A DNA stretch of 64,000 nucleotides from positions 32,001 to 96,000 of IMG/VR virus record IMGVR_UViG_3300022924_000016; one strand, given 5' to 3'. Positions 38,816 through 47,942 of the stretch are shown here, one piece after another. Every line of letters begins with the position of its first letter. Position 1 is the stretch's first letter. The notes below the pieces were generated by a model, which was not told where the DNA came from, did not search any database, and saw nothing but the letters and a program-made list of their open reading frames with translations. The translations under genes and the position numbers were made by a program. The stretch comes from a virus.

Positions 38816-41800
38816 GTGCAACAGAAAAAAGAAATAAGCTTACCGCTTCGCGGAATGAACAGGGAAAATAACATAGACAGACTCCAAGATGGAGAATTTG
38901 TTTTTGCTCTTAATTCTGACACTAACGGACAGGTAACTCACAATGAACCTTCAAATTACTTAAATGTAAACTTTCCAGAGGGTTATAAAGTCATAGGTTT
39001 TAAAAAGAACGCCTTAAAAAACGTAACTTACTATTTTCTAACCAATAGAGAAACAAGCAAGTCTTCGATAGGATATGTCGAAGACTTTTTGACTTTTCAC
39101 GAAAATGAAGACCCTCAAGAAAATTGTGTAGGCTGTGGAAATGCAAACGTATTATCTGAACCTTTGGAACAGACCACACAAACAGCAGAGAACATTTACG
39201 TAGAGCTTATAAATGATAATTGTCTAGATATAGGAAAAGGTCTGAATTTCAAAGATATCTATCCTATAAAACATATTGTAATAAAAAATGAACAGTCAGG
39301 TACTACTATCTATTGGGAAGATAACTTAAATCCTCCAAGATGGTTAAACGTATCAGATACAAGCTATCTTTTTGAAGTGGAGATTCCTTGCGAGGATAAT
39401 GATATTACAAATTGTATAGACATAAAAAAACTTCTGCAATTTCCTGAACATTCTCCTCTTTCAATCCAAGCAGTATCTAGAAATGTAGGAGGTAACTTAA
39501 GAATGGGAAGTTACGAATACTTTGCATGCTATTGTGACAAAAATGGTGCTGAAATGTCAGAGTACTCTTCAAGTTCAGGAGTGATAAAAATATTCAACGA
39601 AAATGATAGAATCTTAGATTCAACTGAATTAGATGACCTGACTTCATTTTCTATAAAGTTAAATATTTTAAACTTAGACCCTAAATACAGATATTACAAG
39701 GTAGTATGTGTAGAAAGAGGCGTATTAAATTCAGATATTTTTGCCTATGAAGAGGGGATTTTCTCTACTTCAAACGATACTGTTTTGTCAACTTCTTCGG
39801 GAAGAATTTACACAAATACCCAAAGAGACAGTCTTATATCTCCTAAAAAGGAAGTACAATTAAACGATATATTTTTTAGAAAGCCTAAAATAGAAAAGGC
39901 AGAAGGTGAAGCCGTTATAGGATCGAGAAAGTATATACACGGAGTAAAAAGAAGGGAAGAAGTGAATATACAGCCTGTGGTAAATCTGCTCTCATCTCTT
40001 ATGAAGTGGCAGACAGTAATCACTAACGAGGAGTTATATAAAGATGGAGTTATTTCAGCCGATTATATGGGATATATGAGAGATGAAGTACAGCCATTTT
40101 CTTTAAGGCTTCTTTTCAAGGATGGAGGCAAGAGCTATAATTTTCCTATCATATCCAGACCAGCAAATAGTGAAGATCTCGAAACAGGATTTTCAGACCT
40201 AATGGGGGATATCTCAGGATGTGATTCAACCGACAGAGATTATAAGTGGCAGTACATAAATACAGCAAAAGTAGAAAAAACTTGCAGTATAGCCACCAGC
40301 GGTACAGAGGTAATACAAGCTGAATCTAGAGTGTGTGTAGTTCGAGGAGTTGATGAAATTAGTGCAAACACAATAGAGATAGAGTTAAATACAGAGTTTG
40401 ACAACCTAAAGGATTACATAGCGGATAATCCTAGCGTAATCATTCCTGAAATAACACCTTATCTTTTAAACCCTTACCCTGAATCTCATTGCATCCCTGT
40501 TTTTGGAACAGTTTCCACTTCAGGAAATTTGACAGAAGGGAAAAATTACATTATCTACGATTTGCAACCAGGAGATGATTTCTCAAATGTAGGTTTTACC
40601 ACAGAAGGCACGGTCTTTACAGCTACTGGAAATACGCCAGTATCATGGTCTAATCAAACAGAGGTGGAAGAGACTGTATGCGATACACCTACTCTAGATG
40701 AATTTAAAGTTTCTATCAATACTGTTGAAGGAGAATTTGTCAATAGAGAAGAATCAGCATTTCCAGAAAGCTACGAAGATTTTCCTAGCAGTTCTTGTAA
40801 CTTTTATGAAGCCAGTTCGGCAGGAGGTTATGTAAGGGATACCACTTTTGAATATCTCTATATGATGCGTTTGGGAATACCTGACAACACAAGAAAGACT
40901 GTATTGAAAAGAAGCTATAATTCTACCAATGAAGGATGCTCTTCTGCCAGCGATATCATCAACATTTCCGCAATAAATAATAATGCTCAAAGATATTTTA
41001 TAAACTACAGAGGCGGAGAAACAAGAGCAGAATTAGAAACTGCTAAAGAGGCATACTTAACAGAACTTACAGGCGTAAATGGGTTTGGAGAAAAAATTCA
41101 GTCAGGGGCTTTGTGGTTTAAAGCAAATACCCTTAATAGAAATAAATTTATATTAGAAGTATCTAAGACTCAAGAGGCTCCCGCAAATGACGACATAATA
41201 GAAACAACAGTAAATCCTACTCAAAAAGTGAGGGTTTCCCTGTTTCACAAGTGTTCTGATACACAAGCCTTCTATGGTGAGATTATTCCCATAAGAACAC
41301 AAGGGTTAAAATATAGAATAGAAAGTTATAGAAATACGGATTCTAGATTGGTCATTACAGGAACTTCGGGTTCTGCAAGCGTCATAATAAACCTAGAGTC
41401 TTACCCTATGGTTTTTGACACAGATATAGACACTACCATTAACAATTTTATGCTCGAAAACGGGACAGAGCTGGAAGAAAATGGAATAAGAATATCGATA
41501 GAAGATGGGATTATAAGTTTAAGATCGGCTATAACCCTCACAGTTAATGTAGACAACCTGGCAGGAGACCTAGACGGTACTTCTCAGAACGATATAGTAA
41601 TAATTAATAATACTGTAATTCCTCTAGTAAATCCCTTTGCTTCGGGAGATATGTTTGTAGCTATAGATCCATGGGTAAATCAAACTTTGGGACTTCCAAA
41701 AGATGACACTCAAGAAAACGGATACGATCCAGAAGCAACGCCCGTAGTAAAGTTTAGAACAGCCCCACCAGACGGATGTTTTGCTGTAGTGACAAGAGAC

Positions 41801-44800
41801 GTAACCTATGATAGAGCAACAGTTTCATGGACTTCAATAATTCTTGACAAATCTGAGAAATACTCTACCTCATGTACTTATTTTCTACCCGATAATTTAG
41901 AATGCGAACCTATACCTTACCAACAAGGGGAATTTGCCTTTTGGGAAAGTACTAGGACATATCCTGACAATAAGGACTTATACGACAGTAGCGGATTAAA
42001 AATTGAGCCTTCCGACATACCTTCTGATTTAAGAAATAAGTTTGAACAGTATTATGCCGAAGGGTTAGACGACGACAACTACTATACGCTTAAAGAAGGT
42101 GCGGATTTCCGATGTGCAAAAATACGACACCCAAAAATGCCAGATAATAGAGTAGCGCCTTTTATTGCAAATCAAGAGATGCCGTCTTTTACGGACAGTT
42201 TTATATACCCTCTAGGAGTGCATTTGGATGCTAGAGTGGTTGAGGGCATGTTAAAAATCGCAGTCAGAAATAATCTTATGACTCAGAGGGAAGCCGACAA
42301 TGTTTTCGGATTTGAAATTTTGAGAGGGGATAACACTTACAGTAAGAGTGTTATTTCAAATGGACTAATGTTTGATATGTATCAATATGACAGGGATGAC
42401 AAACAGTATCTTTATTCTAATTTTCCTTATAATGATTTAGGAGGAGATTTGTATCATAAGCCTAATAGAAGTGCAAGTAATGTAATACAGCACCCTTATC
42501 AAGGAGAAAAAAATAATAAATTTACTTATATTTCTCCTGACCTGCTACATACAAAAACTCAGCTTGGTACAGAAATTTCTATACAGGGGTACTTAAAAGG
42601 AACGGCAAAAAGTAATTTTACTGAATTAGAAGACCATCCTAAATGGACAATATTAGGAAGAAAAGCCAGAAATACAGCAACCACTCTAGCAGTTACAGAG
42701 GTTGTATTAGAAACGGCTATCAGTGTAGCAGAACTTACGTCAAGCCAGTTCTTTATGGCAGGGTTTGTTGTAGGTACAAGTTTGGGACTTGTGGGTGCCA
42801 TACTAGCAGGAGTTGCCTACGCCACGAGCGGGTTTGTAAAGTCAGGACAATACAGATATGACTGGATTAAGTCTTTTAGAGATATCGGAGCTTCTTACAA
42901 CTTTGCTTATTATGGGTACAGTTTAGGAAAGTATAACAATATTATAGTAAACAGGGATGATGCAAATTATTTCAAACCTTTAAGTATATCAAGGTATCTG
43001 CCAGACGGGGATTTCTCTCTAGTCGATACAAAAGCGGGAGAGACTTACAACATAAACAATTTCCAAAGAGAGGGATCGGTATTTCTGGCTTTAGGTGATA
43101 ATTTTTTGGAGTACTCTCAACAATACCAAAGCATAGATAACTCCAATATAAAAAACACTTCTTCAAAAGCTACTTCTAGTACTATAGGCTGTGATAAGAG
43201 AGAATTTTCTCCTGATATTGCAAGTCCCTATGTAACTATGAAAAACTATGTTCCTGACCAATATGGAGATATCGATACGGTGAGATGGCTTACGACAGGG
43301 AAGATTTTTGAATTAGGAGTATCCAACAGCTGTGAACCCGTATTTGGCGGAAACATAAATATAACAAGATTCACCTACAAAAGAAAAATACCGTTTTTTA
43401 GAAGAACTGCTTTTGGAACTCCCGATAAGACAACTTACGAGTATTCGACAGCAAGTAACATAGGATTCCCAAGATTCTACTGTGATTATGAAACAGATAC
43501 CGAATTTGACGGATTTCTAATACCTATGCCAGACATTGATTCTGACTACGAGTTTGACTGTAAGCCAGGAGGGAATAAGTTTTATATCAGGCCTTCAAAA
43601 TTCTACACAGCCTATTATAGTGTGGTAGATTTTCTAGTAGAGTCGGAGATGAACTTGAATATGAGATATGCCAATAAAGATATAAATACGCACTTCTATC
43701 CAGTAGTGCCTAATTTGGAATTCCTCACTCAAGAAAAGAACATATCTATAAAAGAGCCTAATTCTATTCTATATAGCAATGTATTTTCTTTACCTAGAAT
43801 TTACACAAATACTGTAAATCTTCCCACAAGTTATGACAGAAAAAAATGGAATCAAATATCGCAAAACGTTAATGAAATTATATGGTCAGAACTGGATAAT
43901 AGCGAATATGACAACTTTTATGATCCATACTTAGTTTATAAGCCTTTGAACTCTTATGATTTCGATACCGATTCGGGTAAATTGAAAAGCCTAAAAGAGT
44001 CTACAAGAAATCAGGCAGTTGCAAGGTTCACAGATGGGATGCAAGTTTTCAATACTGTGGACAATCTCGCAGAAAGAATAACAGCTCAGACAAAAGAACT
44101 TGGAACAGGAGGAATATTCACAACAAAACCTGTGGAGTTTGTAAAGAGTTCTCTTGGATTTACAGGTACTCAGCACCATAATGTAATTGAGACTGAATTT
44201 GGAGACATCCATATAGATTCTGAAAGAGGACAGGTTATATTCCTAAGCAATGGGGCGGATAAGATAGAAGACATGGCTTACAGCTTTTCAGGAGAGATAT
44301 CCAATATGCAGAGGTGGTTTAAGAAACAGCTTCCATTTAAAATAAAAAGATTTTTCAAAGACGCTGACATAGACAATCCGTTTCTAAAATTAGGAATTTC
44401 AGGAGGGTATGATGCAGTAAACAAAAGATTCTTTTTGACAAAATTAGATGCTGTTCCGATATCAGACTGTATTGAGTATGATCCTGAGACAGGGTTTGTA
44501 TTAAACCTGACAAATTGTGAAGGAGAAGAACCACAGCCGACCTGTTCGCTAGGTTTTACTTACAATCCAGAAACTGAGTTATGTGAAAGAGTCAGTGAAG
44601 TTTCTGCTTGCCCTGCGGGATTCATTTATAATGAAACAACCCAAATGTGTGAAAAAACAGAAGCTTGTGGTGAAGGTCTTGACTTAGTTTTTATATTAGA
44701 TGCAACTTCATCTCAGCAAGGTGCAATAGACTCCATAAAAAATGCTATATCTACAGAAATAGTTCCTGCAATCATATCTCAATTTGGAACAAATTACAGA

Positions 44801-46192
44801 TTAGGGCTTGTGGCAATAAAGGATAGGAGATTTGTAGGTGCTGCATTATTTGACAACCTTGTACCTATGACTCTTTCCAATGAATCTGCAATAAGTTCTG
44901 GGCTAGCAGGAATAGTAAGCGAAGGAGGCGGGGCAAGTCAAGAGCCTAGTGATATGGCTTTAGAAGCTGTTCTTAACAACACAGGAGAAATTGATCCTTT
45001 GGGTACACCAATAGCAGGCTCTATAACAATAGGCACATTCCGACCTACTTCTTCAAAAGCTATCATACTTGTAACAGACAGCTTGCCATCAGGTTTAAAT
45101 GATAATTACAGATTAGAAGATTGGTTGCATGCTGATCAGTTGGCGGACGAAGCTTCAAATAAGCAAATACAGATATTTCCTTATCTCACTTCTCCAACTC
45201 AGGCAAATCCTATACCCCCAGGAGTTAATCCACCGAATGTAACTTATCTTATGCAAAACTATGCTAACAAAACGGGAGGAACTTACTATTTTGCACCAAA
45301 CGGCTTGAATATAAGTGACGGTGTAGTAGATGCAATTCAAAGTGTTGGATGCGAGGTAGAGGAGGTTCCACCTGAATGTTCTTCAAATTGCGAAATATTA
45401 GAAGGAATGTGCACTTGTATTTTCACGGAAACTCCTACTTATGAAGACATAAGAATACCTATTGAAGTTTCAAATCCTGAATACTTTGAAGATAGATCTT
45501 GGACTATAAGCTATAAATTTGAAAGAAAAGGATGGAACAGCTATTTTAGCTCAACTCCAAATTACTACAATTCCCATCAAGATTTTTTCCAAGCGGGATT
45601 TAATTCAAATCAGTCAAAACTGTGGTCACACACTTTGGAGAATACTTCCTTTCAAGTCTTTCAAGGAGAATTAAAACCTTTCTTAGTAGAGACAGTTTAT
45701 GCAAATAAAAATGCAAGCAAGCTTTTAGATAACTTAAGTATAAATTCAGAAGCTTTGAGATATCAAGACAACTGGTCATATTCAGAGTGGGCGAATAAAG
45801 GGTTTAATAAAGCCATTATTTATAATAATACAAATAACTCGGGAAAACTAAACTTGAAAGAGCAAAAAACAGTCTCTGATATAAGAAAATATCCGATAAC
45901 AAACCCTGATAACACTCAAGACATCTTATTTGTTCAACAAGATGAGAAACAGCACATAAACTATTTCTATAACCGCGTAAAAAAAGAGAACAGAAATATT
46001 CCGCAATGGACTTGGGATGATAACAATATCTACAGAGAGATTGACAGAAGAGCGGTAAATTTCGCAAATAAAAAACTTCTAGAAAGAATGAGAGGAGATT
46101 CATTCATAATAAGACTTGAAAATGATTTAGAGTCTAGATTTAAGATTAATTACAAAAACACAGAAAACGATGCCACCTATTACGACAATTAA
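38816..46192 (+). CDS. Tail muzzle/stabilisation protein (P22 gp10-like), 2458 aa, with inserted domains including vWA
   Basis: N-terminal GMNRE..FALNS, IYWEDNLNPPRW, GYMRDEV, SWTISY...W.SY; vWA LDLVFILDATSS...AIILVTD at about 44675-45345. Confidence 0.75.
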   Translation: MQQKKEISLPLRGMNRENNIDRLQDGEFVFALNSDTNGQVTHNEPSNYLNVNFPEGYKVIGFKKNALKNVTYYFLTNRETSKSSIGYVEDFLTFHENEDPQENCVGCGNANVLSEPLEQTTQTAENIYVELINDNCLDIGKGLNFKDIYPIKHIVIKNEQSGTTIYWEDNLNPPRWLNVSDTSYLFEVEIPCEDNDITNCIDIKKLLQFPEHSPLSIQAVSRNVGGNLRMGSYEYFACYCDKNGAEMSEYSSSSGVIKIFNENDRILDSTELDDLTSFSIKLNILNLDPKYRYYKVVCVERGVLNSDIFAYEEGIFSTSNDTVLSTSSGRIYTNTQRDSLISPKKEVQLNDIFFRKPKIEKAEGEAVIGSRKYIHGVKRREEVNIQPVVNLLSSLMKWQTVITNEELYKDGVISADYMGYMRDEVQPFSLRLLFKDGGKSYNFPIISRPANSEDLETGFSDLMGDISGCDSTDRDYKWQYINTAKVEKTCSIATSGTEVIQAESRVCVVRGVDEISANTIEIELNTEFDNLKDYIADNPSVIIPEITPYLLNPYPESHCIPVFGTVSTSGNLTEGKNYIIYDLQPGDDFSNVGFTTEGTVFTATGNTPVSWSNQTEVEETVCDTPTLDEFKVSINTVEGEFVNREESAFPESYEDFPSSSCNFYEASSAGGYVRDTTFEYLYMMRLGIPDNTRKTVLKRSYNSTNEGCSSASDIINISAINNNAQRYFINYRGGETRAELETAKEAYLTELTGVNGFGEKIQSGALWFKANTLNRNKFILEVSKTQEAPANDDIIETTVNPTQKVRVSLFHKCSDTQAFYGEIIPIRTQGLKYRIESYRNTDSRLVITGTSGSASVIINLESYPMVFDTDIDTTINNFMLENGTELEENGIRISIEDGIISLRSAITLTVNVDNLAGDLDGTSQNDIVIINNTVIPLVNPFASGDMFVAIDPWVNQTLGLPKDDTQENGYDPEATPVVKFRTAPPDGCFAVVTRDVTYDRATVSWTSIILDKSEKYSTSCTYFLPDNLECEPIPYQQGEFAFWESTRTYPDNKDLYDSSGLKIEPSDIPSDLRNKFEQYYAEGLDDDNYYTLKEGADFRCAKIRHPKMPDNRVAPFIANQEMPSFTDSFIYPLGVHLDARVVEGMLKIAVRNNLMTQREADNVFGFEILRGDNTYSKSVISNGLMFDMYQYDRDDKQYLYSNFPYNDLGGDLYHKPNRSASNVIQHPYQGEKNNKFTYISPDLLHTKTQLGTEISIQGYLKGTAKSNFTELEDHPKWTILGRKARNTATTLAVTEVVLETAISVAELTSSQFFMAGFVVGTSLGLVGAILAGVAYATSGFVKSGQYRYDWIKSFRDIGASYNFAYYGYSLGKYNNIIVNRDDANYFKPLSISRYLPDGDFSLVDTKAGETYNINNFQREGSVFLALGDNFLEYSQQYQSIDNSNIKNTSSKATSSTIGCDKREFSPDIASPYVTMKNYVPDQYGDIDTVRWLTTGKIFELGVSNSCEPVFGGNINITRFTYKRKIPFFRRTAFGTPDKTTYEYSTASNIGFPRFYCDYETDTEFDGFLIPMPDIDSDYEFDCKPGGNKFYIRPSKFYTAYYSVVDFLVESEMNLNMRYANKDINTHFYPVVPNLEFLTQEKNISIKEPNSILYSNVFSLPRIYTNTVNLPTSYDRKKWNQISQNVNEIIWSELDNSEYDNFYDPYLVYKPLNSYDFDTDSGKLKSLKESTRNQAVARFTDGMQVFNTVDNLAERITAQTKELGTGGIFTTKPVEFVKSSLGFTGTQHHNVIETEFGDIHIDSERGQVIFLSNGADKIEDMAYSFSGEISNMQRWFKKQLPFKIKRFFKDADIDNPFLKLGISGGYDAVNKRFFLTKLDAVPISDCIEYDPETGFVLNLTNCEGEEPQPTCSLGFTYNPETELCERVSEVSACPAGFIYNETTQMCEKTEACGEGLDLVFILDATSSQQGAIDSIKNAISTEIVPAIISQFGTNYRLGLVAIKDRRFVGAALFDNLVPMTLSNESAISSGLAGIVSEGGGASQEPSDMALEAVLNNTGEIDPLGTPIAGSITIGTFRPTSSKAIILVTDSLPSGLNDNYRLEDWLHADQLADEASNKQIQIFPYLTSPTQANPIPPGVNPPNVTYLMQNYANKTGGTYYFAPNGLNISDGVVDAIQSVGCEVEEVPPECSSNCEILEGMCTCIFTETPTYEDIRIPIEVSNPEYFEDRSWTISYKFERKGWNSYFSSTPNYYNSHQDFFQAGFNSNQSKLWSHTLENTSFQVFQGELKPFLVETVYANKNASKLLDNLSINSEALRYQDNWSYSEWANKGFNKAIIYNNTNNSGKLNLKEQKTVSDIRKYPITNPDNTQDILFVQQDEKQHINYFYNRVKKENRNIPQWTWDDNNIYREIDRRAVNFANKKLLERMRGDSFIIRLENDLESRFKINYKNTENDATYYDN

Positions 46193-47942
46193 GTCTTTTC
46201 AGAATGACCCTTATGAGCAGTATACCCGAAAAGTGGCATCGGCAGAAAGTGGAGAAAAAACAACCGCCAAAAATCCTTTCGGTGCGGCGGGACTTTTCCA
46301 ATTTGTACCTTCTACTTGGAGAAATCTTACTCAAAAATATAATCTGAATTACTCTCAAGATGACAGGCTAGACCCCGAAAAATCTAAGCAGGTAATGAAA
46401 CTGTTCACGGAAGAGAATAAAAAACAGCTTTCTAAAAGATTAGGTAGGCAACCTGATGACTACGAACTTTATCTGGCACATGGGTTTGGAGCGGCAGGAG
46501 CGGGAAGATTAATCGAAGGTGTAAATAAGAACCCAAACATAAGAACAGATCAATTTTTCTCTCCCATAATTTTAAAGCAGAACAGAACCCTTTTATATAA
46601 CAAAGACGGTTCTGCAAAAACTTTAGGAGATATAAGCAACCACTTCAAGGCAAAGATGAGTGCGCCTGTAACAAGGTATACAAATAGTGAAAAACAAATA
46701 ACACCACAAGAAACAGTCCAAAACCTTCAAGAAGTTAATAACAGATTAACAGATTTGGTATTTACCAAAGAACTCCCTAATTTTGCAGGAACTTCCTATA
46801 TTCCCGACGAGGATGAAAATATACAAAAACTTGAACAAAAACAGGCGGAAAAAGAAATAATAAGAGAAAAGGAAGTCGTAGTACAACAAGCACCTCAAGA
46901 AGAGTCTCAACCTATTCAAGAAGATACTACAGAATACTATATAGATCCCAATCAAACTTACGCTGAAATAGACAGTTTCTTACAAATGCAAAAAGGGGGA
47001 ACTCTATACGTAGATAATACTAATGACCCAAGATATCAAGCGTACCAAGATAGTTTATATCTATATGAAGAGAACAGACAGACTAAAGAAGATATGCAGA
47101 AAAGACCTTTAGTGTATATGGGAAGCTTGAGAGACGTTGATAATAGTAATAACGGAAGAGTTTTTGATATGAGCGTTACTGAGGATGATAACGGAAGACA
47201 AATCACAGGCATAAACCCAATTTCCCGTACAACTTTTAAGAACACCATAAAAAATCCGATACAAGGTAGACCTGATATAAACACTCAAATTTCAATAGGT
47301 AATTACAAAAAGCCAGAACAAACAGTTACTATAAAAAATAAAGCAGGTTATCAACCAAAAGCCGAAATTTACAAACAACAAAGAGAAATACAAAGTACAG
47401 TCTCAAAAGTAGAGGAGCAAGGAGTAGCCCAAGTTTATAATAACATTGTACCTCAAGCAAGTTTAGAAGTATTACCAAATGCTCAAATACCAAACAGTTT
47501 CAGCCTATCAGAATACAATGAGAGAATGAATAATGCTCAAGGCTATGGTTCGGGTAGGTATGATGAAAACGCAGACATTCTGAAAGCTGAGAGAGCTTTG
47601 GATTATCAAGAGAAATACAACCAAGATATAGAAAGGCGTTACAACAATCCCGAAGCTCAAAATAACCCAAAGGCTCAAGAAAGGTATAATACTTTGAGAA
47701 ATTACCTGAATATAACTCCAAACTATCAAATAGGAGGAGAAATACCGACCTCACCTTTGGGTATGTGGCAATATCCAAATCAAACAGTAAGAGTACCGAG
47801 CGGGAACATAACAATGAATTTTATGAAACACCCTATAGAGGCAATTTCAGAACAAACAGGTGAAAGAGTAGTGTTAAGACCCAATGAAAACTACTCTTTC
47901 AAAAATACAACATCCGTAATAGAAAAACCCATAAGACTATGA
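46170..47942 (+). CDS. Virion cargo protein with N-terminal lytic transglycosylase (SLT) domain
   Basis: AESG catalytic Glu, AAGLFQF, YLAHGFG; Q-rich low-complexity remainder with QxGG motifs. Confidence 0.8.
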   Translation: MPPITTIKSFQNDPYEQYTRKVASAESGEKTTAKNPFGAAGLFQFVPSTWRNLTQKYNLNYSQDDRLDPEKSKQVMKLFTEENKKQLSKRLGRQPDDYELYLAHGFGAAGAGRLIEGVNKNPNIRTDQFFSPIILKQNRTLLYNKDGSAKTLGDISNHFKAKMSAPVTRYTNSEKQITPQETVQNLQEVNNRLTDLVFTKELPNFAGTSYIPDEDENIQKLEQKQAEKEIIREKEVVVQQAPQEESQPIQEDTTEYYIDPNQTYAEIDSFLQMQKGGTLYVDNTNDPRYQAYQDSLYLYEENRQTKEDMQKRPLVYMGSLRDVDNSNNGRVFDMSVTEDDNGRQITGINPISRTTFKNTIKNPIQGRPDINTQISIGNYKKPEQTVTIKNKAGYQPKAEIYKQQREIQSTVSKVEEQGVAQVYNNIVPQASLEVLPNAQIPNSFSLSEYNERMNNAQGYGSGRYDENADILKAERALDYQEKYNQDIERRYNNPEAQNNPKAQERYNTLRNYLNITPNYQIGGEIPTSPLGMWQYPNQTVRVPSGNITMNFMKHPIEAISEQTGERVVLRPNENYSFKNTTSVIEKPIRL

